From: a virus
Lineage: Duplodnaviria; Caudoviricetes
IMG/VR virus record: IMGVR_UViG_3300028591_000079
Span: 167,065-231,064 of that record
Length of the DNA stretch: 64,000 nt
Reading direction: 5' to 3' (one strand)
Part shown: piece by piece, positions 55,207 to 64,000 of the stretch
Layout of the letters: every line of letters starts with the position of its first letter
Numbering within the stretch: the stretch's first letter is position 1
The notes under the pieces: generated by a model
Seen by the model: only the letters and a program-made list of their open reading frames with translations
Told to the model about the DNA's origin: nothing
Database searches by the model: none
Translations under genes and position numbers: made by a program

Positions 55207-58149
55207 TTATGCTATAGTCAAAGCTTTAGATAATAGCAATAATTGATCTTTTGTTATATCGTAAACAAATTCACCGGCAGTTTTACCTACTCTATATATT
55301 ATTGCTACATATTTTGTTGTAGATTGTAAAGTTATATTTGCTGTTCTCCATCCTTGCATTGTTTCGCCAGGTGTTCCAACAGGTGTCCCATTTTCATTAT
55401 ATTCATACACTCCATAAGCTAAATCGCTATATGTTGAAACTAAAGAACTATCAGGATTCCATTGTAAAGTTTCGCCACCATTTACTGCTAATAGATACCC
55501 GGTAACCTCTTTTGTTGTAGCACTAGTATCTGACACAACGCAATCAATTGCTGGTGCACATCGGCCTCCGCTTGGTTTATAACCCCAATAACTACTTTGA
55601 ACACCAAAGCCATGAGCAGTATTTGCTACCAGTGGCATTTTATCAATGGAATCTACAACACGATAATTGAAATACTTTGTTTTACCACCATAAGTACAAG
55701 AACAAAGCTTGTAGTGTTCACTTGAGGATGTTATAACACCTCGTTGAGATAAGATATTCAATAAGGTATTTAATTCTTCTCTCAATTCATCAACGGTTGC
55801 TCCAGTAAAATCAGATATAATTGGGGTAAAACTTTTCAATGTTTTATCTGACATATATCCAGTAACTGTACCAACATTTGAGTCATCAGATTCCATTGTG
55901 TGCCTAATGGTTTGATAATATAATTCCATACCAGCTTCATTTGGATGTAAACTACCATCACTGTAAAAGTTTTGTAATGTATAATAATTCATTCCGCATA
56001 AAGCAAGTTCAACTACTTTACAACCAAAGGCAGCAGCAATTTCTCTAATAGCATCGTTGAATTCTACCAATGAAACACCTACTCTGTTTATTTCATCAAA
56101 TCCTGGAGATAAATTGTTTGTTACTTCTCCGCAAGGAACAGTACAACAGAATATTTTAGCCAAAGGATAATTTCTTTTCAAACGGCCCAACATAACAGCA
56201 TAAGCTTCACGGAATGTATCTGGAGATGAGTTAAGATCTGGAACTTTTTGACCATTTCTACCATCCCATTTTCCAAATCCCTGTGGACCATAATATGTTG
56301 CAGTTCCAGAACCAGAATCTGATATTCTACTAATAGTTTTACTCATGTGATCGAAATCATTAGTGCCAATATTGATCAATATGTAATCAGGATTTACAAC
56401 TATTCCATCGATTGTTTTATGGAGTTGATTACATCTATCATTCTCGGTATCAACAACATAACCTTTCCAAAACTTAGAAACAGTTGAACCAGACCATGAA
56501 TTATTCACTAATAGTTTCATTCCGGTTCTATCAACTAATTTCTTCCAGTAAGTTTGATCTACTGTTGTCATACTATTCTTTACAGTTGATTTTGGATAAT
56601 ATATTGCAGAATTTACAGAAGCTGGTGCAACATTAGACCATCCATCCCAAGTAGAAATACTATCACCAATAATTGATAGATATTTGCCTTTTAATGGAGA
56701 TTCTTTTTCATTGATAGACTGTAATGCATCACTATTATATTCTTTATCTCTAACTATTTCTGAAGTATATAAATCTAAACAAAGTTCATAAGAATTCTGT
56801 ATGCTTCCAGCAATTCCAGTATCAGCATTTATTACTTGAAATTTTTGATATTGATTTGGTGTTGCATTATAATCACTGCAGAATATAAATGTAGTCACAC
56901 AATCATCTAATATTCTAGTAGATGTTACAGTTTGTCTTGCCCTACCATCTATACCTATAACCAAAGTACCATCCATATAAAACCCGCCATGTTCAACATC
57001 ATATATATCTGTAGCATTGATAGTAACATTTGGGTCTGAACCGTCTAAAGCAAAAATCATTGGTTTAGTAGCACCCATACCAACATATGGAACGTTTATT
57101 GTGCATAATGTATTTTCATCACTGTTAAGTTCTGGATATGCTGACCCTTCAGTTAATTTACCATTTATACCATTTGTTGTATATTTAATTTTTACAGCAT
57201 GTTGGCCAGACCCAGGTCTTATACCAATATGCGTTAAATATTTTCCAGTCATTGGTGATTGATCAGCTAAAACATAAACTCTAGTATTCACAGAACCACT
57301 TGTAGGCATAATGGAAGAATTTATTACACCAACAGGGATTCTTTTATTTGTGATCTTTTCTAACTTTTCATCTACCGCATATTGATGTTTTTTATCATCA
57401 ACCAATGTAGAAACCGCTGTGAATTCAATTGGCATACACACAGAAGTGGATGTTGCATCTGTATAATCAGTACCTGCAATTGCTCCTGTTGACCCATTGT
57501 AATACAAGAATGATTCTAATTCTAAATTAGTCAAAGTAACATTAGCTGGACGATTTTTTGTACCAAAACCAAATTGTCTGCATGTTGGTTCTGTTTTTGT
57601 ATCACCTGGTATACGCTGTCCTAATCCCAAGAAATAGTTCCAAGGTATAACAGGATAGGATTTTGTAACACCATTAAAAGTAATTGTTTTTAGAAATTCT
57701 TGGTTTATCGTAACTCTAGGATCTGAACCATCTAGTTTGAAAGTATTAATACCTCGTGGTAAATCTTTGGTATTCAAAGTAATAAATTCGTGTAGGTTTG
57801 ACTCCATTGCTGCTCTTGTTGAAGGCATCATTGATTTCAACAAAAAGTTACCATTATCAGATATTGGTGCATTTTCAATATACAACAAATATAATTTCAA
57901 GTTATAACTAGTGATAGTTGGATAATCTTGATTTGCTAAAAATAATGAAACAGTATCTAATAAGCATTCTTTTAATCCGGCGTATCTTTCAATAAAGAAT
58001 GGTGCTACGCCAAAATTACAATTATTTGGCGAACTTCCAACATCGACTTTGCTTGTATCAAAGTTCAAAGATCTGTGTAATATCATTCCTTCTGTTATTT
58101 TAAAGTCAGGAGATGATGTTATATTCGAGGATAAGAACTTGATATGCAT
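55207..58149 (-). CDS. Fibre/receptor-binding cassette B with an SGNH esterase domain
   Basis: SPLKGKYLSIIGDSIST, NNSWSGS, IGTND, DGSLHP; two LDGSDP.VT modules; begins MHIK-FLSSN. Confidence 0.75.
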   Translation of the reverse strand: MHIKFLSSNITSSPDFKITEGMILHRSLNFDTSKVDVGSSPNNCNFGVAPFFIERYAGLKECLLDTVSLFLANQDYPTITSYNLKLYLLYIENAPISDNGNFLLKSMMPSTRAAMESNLHEFITLNTKDLPRGINTFKLDGSDPRVTINQEFLKTITFNGVTKSYPVIPWNYFLGLGQRIPGDTKTEPTCRQFGFGTKNRPANVTLTNLELESFLYYNGSTGAIAGTDYTDATSTSVCMPIEFTAVSTLVDDKKHQYAVDEKLEKITNKRIPVGVINSSIMPTSGSVNTRVYVLADQSPMTGKYLTHIGIRPGSGQHAVKIKYTTNGINGKLTEGSAYPELNSDENTLCTINVPYVGMGATKPMIFALDGSDPNVTINATDIYDVEHGGFYMDGTLVIGIDGRARQTVTSTRILDDCVTTFIFCSDYNATPNQYQKFQVINADTGIAGSIQNSYELCLDLYTSEIVRDKEYNSDALQSINEKESPLKGKYLSIIGDSISTWDGWSNVAPASVNSAIYYPKSTVKNSMTTVDQTYWKKLVDRTGMKLLVNNSWSGSTVSKFWKGYVVDTENDRCNQLHKTIDGIVVNPDYILINIGTNDFDHMSKTISRISDSGSGTATYYGPQGFGKWDGRNGQKVPDLNSSPDTFREAYAVMLGRLKRNYPLAKIFCCTVPCGEVTNNLSPGFDEINRVGVSLVEFNDAIREIAAAFGCKVVELALCGMNYYTLQNFYSDGSLHPNEAGMELYYQTIRHTMESDDSNVGTVTGYMSDKTLKSFTPIISDFTGATVDELREELNTLLNILSQRGVITSSSEHYKLCSCTYGGKTKYFNYRVVDSIDKMPLVANTAHGFGVQSSYWGYKPSGGRCAPAIDCVVSDTSATTKEVTGYLLAVNGGETLQWNPDSSLVSTYSDLAYGVYEYNENGTPVGTPGETMQGWRTANITLQSTTKYVAIIYRVGKTAGEFVYDITKDQLLLLSKALTIA
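58123..58138 (-). repeat. Crossover-like site, copy 2 (GTTCTTATCCTCGAAT)
   Basis: 16-bp identity to 53329-53344, inverted, read in the same frame (FLSSN). Confidence 0.9.
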
Positions 58150-58400
58150 TTTTGTGTTTATATAACTAATTAATATTCAGCAAATTGAAAAAACATTAAA
58201 AAGCATAAAAATCGTGTCAATACATTTGTATATACAGCATAAAAGACTGAAAAACCGCCATAAAATTTTTCAATTTTCCCATCTAGACTGTTTCAAAAAA
58301 CTTTTATAAATTGGTTCTATTATACATTCAAAACATTAAACTAGATTTCTATATTAAACAATCTATAATTACAACGAAAAACATAAAAAGGAGAACATCT

Positions 58401-58673
58401 ATGGCTGATAATACACTTAAAAAATGCATTGAAATAAAAACTCCAAATTGTCCTCGTTGTAAACTTTTTGAACCAACCTATCAAGAATTACAAAAAAAAT
58501 ATCCTCAATTTGATTATTCTGTCTTTGTTTTTGGTGTAGATAAAGAAGCACAAGAGTTAGCTACTAAATATTCCATTCGTTCTGCTCCAACTTTTGTAAT
58601 ATTCAATGGTGAAAATGTAGATATAACAAAACAAGAAGAATTAGAATCAGTATTGGAAAAGAATTGTGATTAA
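58401..58673 (+). CDS. Thioredoxin
   Basis: CPRC active site, YSIRSAPTFVIF; AAGGAG SD. Confidence 0.85.
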   Translation: MADNTLKKCIEIKTPNCPRCKLFEPTYQELQKKYPQFDYSVFVFGVDKEAQELATKYSIRSAPTFVIFNGENVDITKQEELESVLEKNCD

Positions 58674-59169
58674 TTTTGATACAACTTTTTTAGATTATCC
58701 AAGCCCAGATGGTATTGCAGTCGTTGTAATTATGTCTGGTTGTTCTCATGGTTGTATTGGGTGTCAAAATCCATTATTGCAAAAAATACATGAAAAAATA
58801 AACGATAAACTTATAGAAGATATAATAGAAGAAATAAAAATACGTTGCAAAAGAAATGATACAAACAAAATAGTCTTATCTGGAGGAGATTGTCTTCATG
58901 AATGTAATCGTAATTTGACTGCCTCTATTTGTTCTATACTTGGCCCTACGCACGATATTTGCATTTATACTGGGTACTCACATGAAGAAGTAAAAAACAT
59001 GCAAATAAGAGGTTATAAATATGTAAAATGTGGCAAGTTTGATAAAGATAATATGCAAATCTCGGAAAAAACAGATGATTATATTCAATTTGTAAATAAA
59101 ACCCAAAATCTATTCGATGAAGCCGGCAATCAGTTATCAGTTGACGGTAGATTCTATTTTAATAACTAA
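58666..59169 (+). CDS. nrdG: Anaerobic ribonucleotide reductase activase (radical SAM)
   Basis: SGCSHGCIGCQN, LSGGD, IYTGY, KCGKF, NQ-like TQN. Confidence 0.9.
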   Translation: MINFDTTFLDYPSPDGIAVVVIMSGCSHGCIGCQNPLLQKIHEKINDKLIEDIIEEIKIRCKRNDTNKIVLSGGDCLHECNRNLTASICSILGPTHDICIYTGYSHEEVKNMQIRGYKYVKCGKFDKDNMQISEKTDDYIQFVNKTQNLFDEAGNQLSVDGRFYFNN

Positions 59170-59182
59170 TAGGAGCAATAAA

Positions 59183-60937
59183 ATGACCGAAGAAAAGAAA
59201 GCGATAAAAATTAAGTTTCCAGAATTCGATAATAACACAGAAAATCCATATCAAGAAGAGATGGAAAAACTGATTGATACTAATCTTTCTGAAGCTACAA
59301 CAACTCGAACATTGAAAAATATTACTGAAACTCTAACAAAGGCATTGAAATCTAAATATGGAATCACAGACAAGGAAGAATTGAAAACCAAAGTAAATGC
59401 AATTCTAAAGGCTCATGGGTTGGCTCCTGAAAATTTTGATCCATTGGCTTTTATTTCTAAACAAGTCTTCGGTAACCTACAATCTGTTAATGATGTTTCT
59501 ATTGATGATAATGCAAATAAAACTGATACGAATATGACGGGTGTTTGTGTTGAATCTTTCTTGCCGTATCAAAAATTAGCAGGTTACGACTATTTATATC
59601 AAACCATCAAAGATTTATATGGTAAAGAAGAAGCTAAAAAGTGCACCGCTGATATGTATGACTTCTCTTTGGCATTGAATGATTCTACTAAAATTCTAAT
59701 TCCTTATTGTTATTGTGTGGATGCTTCTAAAATTGTAACCGAAGGAAGAAATTTTGGTCAGGTTCATTCTTCTCCAGCTCATCGCATTTCTACTTATATT
59801 TCTGTTTTAGGTGATACCATCCGCGAAATGTCATTCAATGTTGCTGGTGCTTTAGCTATTGGTACTTTCTTTATGGATATTTGCCACTTAGCTGTTTATC
59901 GTGAAAGAATTCCATTAGATGACTTAAGAAATGATAAAAAAGCTAGAAAATCAATGGCTAATCACTTCCAACAATTCATTCATACAGTTAATCATTATTC
60001 CAGAAACGCAGTAGAATCACCTTTCACAAATGTTTCTCTGTTTGATCGTAATAAATTGGAAGGCTTGATTGCTGATGATAACTATGGCTGGTACTTCCCT
60101 AAAAAAGCAGCAGCATGTGAAGATAATGGAATTGAAGATAATAAAGATGCCTGGAAAAACTTTATTTTAGACTATATTGAAGAATTACAAGAGATATATA
60201 TTGACGTATTTGATGAGGGTGATCCTTTGCGTGGTGGTTTACAATTTCCATTCCCTGTAACAACCTGTAATTTCGGAACAACTAAAGACGAAAAAGGTAA
60301 CAATAAACTAACATATGAAGATAATAAACTGTTAGACTATATTACAAAGCATGCAGATATTTCTCGTTACAATATTTATGCCTCTGAAGGGTCTAAAGTT
60401 GCTTCTTGTTGTCGTTTATTGTCCGACTCTGACTTCTTGGCATATGCAGGTGGAGTAAATTCATTTGGTGGTTCACAAGTTTCTTTAGGTTCTCATCGTG
60501 TAGTTACTATCAATTTTGCAAGATGTGCCTATGAAGCTGAATCTTATGATGACTTCAAGAAAATTGTTGTAGAACGTGTTGCTAGAATGGGTAAAATCTT
60601 AAAAGCACATAAAGTTTTGATCTTGAAGTTAGAAGAATTAGGAAAACAACCTTGGATATCAAATGGCTGGATTGATATGACACACATGTTCTCCACTTTT
60701 GGTTGTGTTGGATATGTAGAAGCTGACAAGATCTTGAAATTCAAATTCAACCATGTAGATTTTGATTATATGAAAGACTTTTTGGTATTCTTCAATAACG
60801 AATGTCAAAAAGTAGCTAATCAAGAAAACATTATATTCAATATTGAAGCGATTCCAGCTGAAGGGATGGCTCCAAAGTTGGCAAAAGTTGATAAAATACT
60901 ATTTGCAGATGAAGATGGAAATTATGTATTTGAATAA
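59183..60937 (+). CDS. nrdD: Anaerobic (class III) ribonucleotide reductase, N-terminal catalytic part
   Basis: SIDDNAN, PYC, ESPFTNVSLFD, FPFPVTT, ASCCRL, GSHRVVTIN, EAIPAE. Confidence 0.9.
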   Translation: MTEEKKAIKIKFPEFDNNTENPYQEEMEKLIDTNLSEATTTRTLKNITETLTKALKSKYGITDKEELKTKVNAILKAHGLAPENFDPLAFISKQVFGNLQSVNDVSIDDNANKTDTNMTGVCVESFLPYQKLAGYDYLYQTIKDLYGKEEAKKCTADMYDFSLALNDSTKILIPYCYCVDASKIVTEGRNFGQVHSSPAHRISTYISVLGDTIREMSFNVAGALAIGTFFMDICHLAVYRERIPLDDLRNDKKARKSMANHFQQFIHTVNHYSRNAVESPFTNVSLFDRNKLEGLIADDNYGWYFPKKAAACEDNGIEDNKDAWKNFILDYIEELQEIYIDVFDEGDPLRGGLQFPFPVTTCNFGTTKDEKGNNKLTYEDNKLLDYITKHADISRYNIYASEGSKVASCCRLLSDSDFLAYAGGVNSFGGSQVSLGSHRVVTINFARCAYEAESYDDFKKIVVERVARMGKILKAHKVLILKLEELGKQPWISNGWIDMTHMFSTFGCVGYVEADKILKFKFNHVDFDYMKDFLVFFNNECQKVANQENIIFNIEAIPAEGMAPKLAKVDKILFADEDGNYVFE

Positions 60938-60949
60938 AGAGGTAAAGAT

Positions 60950-61384
60950 ATGAGAAAATTTAAAATGCCAAATATTTATGCAAACCAATGGTGTTCACTT
61001 TGGGAAGATTATACAATTGCTGAAAAAATGAAACGTGATGGAGAAATCAATGCCCTTATGACTGGTGGTTCAATCGTACATTATTCGGTAGATAGTAAAC
61101 TAACATCTCAACAAGCAAAAACTATGATTACAAAAGCTATTAGCAATGGTGCTGAACATTTTGCATTGAATTGTGTTTATAGCGAGTGCAGGGAATGCGG
61201 AAAGGTAGAAAAAGGTGATTTTGAAACATGTCCGCACTGCGGCAGCAAAAAGCTGATCCACTTAAGTCGTGTAATTGGTTATTTTTCTATTATAGAAAAT
61301 TGGTCTCCTGATCGTCGCAAATACGATTTTCCGAATCGAAAGTTTATAAAATCAGAACAGTTGAAAGAACAATTGGAGAAATAA
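60950..61384 (+). CDS. nrdD: Class III RNR C-terminal part (Zn ribbon and glycyl-radical domain)
   Basis: YANQW, GGSIVH, CRECG..CPHCG, SRVIGYF; own GAGGT SD. Confidence 0.9.
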   Translation: MRKFKMPNIYANQWCSLWEDYTIAEKMKRDGEINALMTGGSIVHYSVDSKLTSQQAKTMITKAISNGAEHFALNCVYSECRECGKVEKGDFETCPHCGSKKLIHLSRVIGYFSIIENWSPDRRKYDFPNRKFIKSEQLKEQLEK

Positions 61385-61390
61385 AACAAA

Positions 61391-61421
61391 AGCCTCCCGT
61401 CAGTAAAAATTGGGAGGTTTT
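61391..61421. terminator. Bidirectional terminator
   Basis: AGCCTCCC...GGGAGGTT followed by TTT. Confidence 0.7.
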
Positions 61422-61449
61422 TGCTTATTATGTTCATTTAAATTAGCTT

Positions 61450-63990
61450 TTATTGGTCAACTACAATTGGCACAAATTCACCAGTCAACTTGTCATAGCA
61501 TCCTTGAGTTGAATCAGATATTCTAGTTGCTGGAACATAGTCTCTAACCAAGTTATCTGATGTATCGTATAATTTAACTTCAATCAATTCATATGCTGTG
61601 TTATAATTTTGATTTGTGCTTGAATAACTTCCATATAAAGCATAAGGCCATCCAACGGTTGATGTTCTAGTCGCTGTTCCTAGCGGTGTTGTCAAATTAT
61701 CATCATTACCAGCATAAATCGTTAGTATTGATGCTGATTGATTTATGTCCGTAAGTGTTGATATGTATTTTGTATTTGTTTGTGGTATTACGCCAGTTAC
61801 AGCTGATGAGCTAGTACCAAATTCAAAACGGTCGGTTTTATCATATACTGATGTAAAGATTTTACCATAAATTCCACCAATTGCAGCACCGGAACCAGCA
61901 ACTATGGTATCTGTGGTTCTAAATTTTGTAACCGACTTACTTAAGTTATTTTTAGTATAAGAAGTTGGTGCTGCTCCATTTAGAATACCGGTTTTGGCAT
62001 TGTGTATTTGATAAGATCCACCAATAGTTTGGGTTGTTGTTGCTGTAATTACAATGTCACCAGTTACAGATGGAATATTTATAAACCCATCTGCATATAC
62101 ATCTGTAGTTACATCAGTTCCGCCCATGGTAACTGTTACAGAGTCTTTGATATAACCTTCATCAGATATCAATTCTGCATTATAAGCAGATTGTTCTGAA
62201 ACAGTACTATCAGTGTTTGAATTAGTTACATTTGTTAAGTTATTTGTAACACTATAACTAACTCCACTATAAGAAGCTGTAATATCTATATTTCCGTTTA
62301 CAGCATCGATGGTAATTACCCCAGTTGATGCATTATACACGGTACTGGTTATATTTGCACCATTTTGTAAAACTGTTACATTTACACCTTCAAATGGAGA
62401 TAGAGTTGTAGTAAATGTCTCGCCTAAAGCTGCCTCTGTTGCATTATTACTACTGGTTACATTTTCAAGTGTTTGAACAACACTCATTTTTAGCTTTGAA
62501 TCACGATCTTCGTGAGGCAAATGCAAAAAGTCTAACTTACTTTTTAAATCAATTATGGCTTGTCTAGCTAATGCTTTGTGGCCATTATTATTTGTGTGTG
62601 TTGGGATTGTTGCACTATCATTTACATAATATGGATAAATGTTTTCGAATGTCATGCCATTACGATCAAAATCTATTGTATGACAACCGAAGAAGCTTGC
62701 TGCTTTTCTAATTGCTTCATTCAATTGTGGCATTGAATACAGACCGTTATTTATTGGAAAAGTAGCACAATTTATTCTCTTTATTGATCGATGCGTTGCA
62801 ATAACAATTTTGGTAAATGGATAGGCTTCTCTTACTTTTTTTACCCACAAACTTAAGCCTTCTAGTATACCCCAACCATCATTGACAACATCGGTTGTAG
62901 GATATGTCCAATTCATACTATCAAAATAACCATTTGTTAGTAAACTGTATGGTGCATGGGTCATATCATTTAGCCCACGAATCATAATGATAATATCTGG
63001 AGCTTTTCTTTGCATTGAACCTGGAATACGAACACCAAGCTTTCTTATTTGTGCATCATGCCATACATATGAGGTTTTTCTATTTGCATTAGAATCTTCA
63101 TGAGCAGTAATTGAAGCACCAGACCAACAGACTGGAATAACTGTAGCACCCATATCTTCCAAATATTCCCACCATACTTTTGCATTATCATTGCCAGCAT
63201 ATCGCAAAGCCAAACCAATGGATTTACCAATATCTTCAGCGGTTGGTGTAAAATATACTTGTTTACCTATTTCATTAGTAGTAAATCTATGACCGCCTAT
63301 AGTAAGTTCAGTTGGTGTAGCTCCAGACAAGCCATAATAATCATAATATGTTAGATATGCAGCAAGTGGAACCCCAACATCTTGTTCTGTAATAGTAATT
63401 TCATAAGCGTCTTTATCGATTTTTGTTGAGTTACTGGAGTCAACAACGGCAATAGTCAAGCCATCTTTTACTTTTTCTTCTGAATTTAATATACTATCAA
63501 TTTCTTCTTCTAAATCAACTATACGACCAGATTCCTGAATACCGCTAGCTAAAACAGAAATATTCCCACTTGTTGTTCTGTGGTTTATAATTATTGCTTT
63601 TGTGTTTTCAGGAACATTTACTATTTCTTTTTTTTCATCACCCGCTGAAGTACAAGCTATTGCTCCAGAAATATATGTGGTACTATTAAAGGTATCAAAA
63701 CTATTATAAAAATATATACAATATGGATTGTTCGATGAGATATTTCCTGAAAAAACATCAACATTTAGAGTATTATAATTGTCATTGGGAATTATATAAT
63801 ATTTCCAACCTGCAGTACTTGCTTGTGTATGCGTACCGCCATACCAAATCCCAGTTATTGATGTTGTTGATTCCAGCGATAAAACATCTAAATCTTGGAT
63901 AGGAGTTTGTTCTAATATAATATCGAGTTTATCTTGAATTTCTTTGCCTTGGTTCGAGGATAAGAACCCACTAATAAAAAAATAACTCAC
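61450..63990 (-). CDS. Fibre/receptor-binding cassette C (SGNH-like domain, Ig-like repeats, C-terminal lectin-like domain)
   Basis: LSSNQGKEIQDKLD fibre motif, WSGASI, RGLND, PTHTN, VTNNLTNVTNSN repeats, VRDYVP...G.YD. Confidence 0.7.
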   Translation of the reverse strand: MSYFFISGFLSSNQGKEIQDKLDIILEQTPIQDLDVLSLESTTSITGIWYGGTHTQASTAGWKYYIIPNDNYNTLNVDVFSGNISSNNPYCIYFYNSFDTFNSTTYISGAIACTSAGDEKKEIVNVPENTKAIIINHRTTSGNISVLASGIQESGRIVDLEEEIDSILNSEEKVKDGLTIAVVDSSNSTKIDKDAYEITITEQDVGVPLAAYLTYYDYYGLSGATPTELTIGGHRFTTNEIGKQVYFTPTAEDIGKSIGLALRYAGNDNAKVWWEYLEDMGATVIPVCWSGASITAHEDSNANRKTSYVWHDAQIRKLGVRIPGSMQRKAPDIIIMIRGLNDMTHAPYSLLTNGYFDSMNWTYPTTDVVNDGWGILEGLSLWVKKVREAYPFTKIVIATHRSIKRINCATFPINNGLYSMPQLNEAIRKAASFFGCHTIDFDRNGMTFENIYPYYVNDSATIPTHTNNNGHKALARQAIIDLKSKLDFLHLPHEDRDSKLKMSVVQTLENVTSSNNATEAALGETFTTTLSPFEGVNVTVLQNGANITSTVYNASTGVITIDAVNGNIDITASYSGVSYSVTNNLTNVTNSNTDSTVSEQSAYNAELISDEGYIKDSVTVTMGGTDVTTDVYADGFINIPSVTGDIVITATTTQTIGGSYQIHNAKTGILNGAAPTSYTKNNLSKSVTKFRTTDTIVAGSGAAIGGIYGKIFTSVYDKTDRFEFGTSSSAVTGVIPQTNTKYISTLTDINQSASILTIYAGNDDNLTTPLGTATRTSTVGWPYALYGSYSSTNQNYNTAYELIEVKLYDTSDNLVRDYVPATRISDSTQGCYDKLTGEFVPIVVDQ

Positions 63991-64000
63991 CTAAATATAA
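63953..64000 (-). repeat. 48-bp inverted repeat, copy 3 (runs off the window end)
   Basis: Reverse complement identical to 53296-53343. Confidence 0.95.

Noticed and set aside
404-63230. Numerous 60-150 aa antisense or nested ORFs in the track (e.g. 35840-36286, 45872-46297, 38208-38639)
   Set aside because: They overlap well-supported genes on the other strand or frame, lack an SD and have shadow-ORF composition.
1-64000. Stop-codon reassignment
   Set aside because: Conserved genes are full-length in code 11, all three stops end genes, and there is no suppressor tRNA.
1-64000. CRISPR array, DGR or retron
   Set aside because: No regularly spaced repeats and no reverse transcriptase; similarity between cassettes A and B is ordinary paralogy rather than adenine-specific TR/VR variation.

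Overview
This window is an AT-rich, densely coding 64-kb segment of a large T4-like or jumbo-type dsDNA tailed phage using the standard genetic code. The host is probably an anaerobic diderm: the window has a spanin-like pair, a class III RNR, a 2[4Fe-4S] ferredoxin and sigma70-type promoters. It encodes nucleotide metabolism (dNMP kinase, 5'-nucleotidase, tdk, guaC, dCMP deaminase, dut, thyX, trx-nrdG-split nrdD), proteostasis (GroES/GroEL, two ClpP-like proteases, an AAA+ ATPase) and head morphogenesis (terminase, portal, neck, prohead protease, scaffold; no major capsid gene seen), plus four tRNAs and three SGNH-esterase fibre cassettes. Top finding: the tRNA-His/Pro/Phe/Trp array lies directly behind what looks like a complete trp-operon-style ribosome-sensing attenuator. 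Its leaderless 20-aa leader peptide has the core F-W-H-H-F-P, which uses exactly the four amino acids of the downstream tRNAs, suggesting the phage makes these tRNAs only when the matching host aminoacyl-tRNAs run out. Second finding: three fibre cassettes all start at the same 15-bp in-frame site (GTTCTTATCCTCGAA) in inverted orientations, like a shufflon. Also seen: two phage promoter classes, a divergent sigma-like ORF and several structured intergenic RNAs. All calls come from reading motifs by eye; no searches or folding programs were run.
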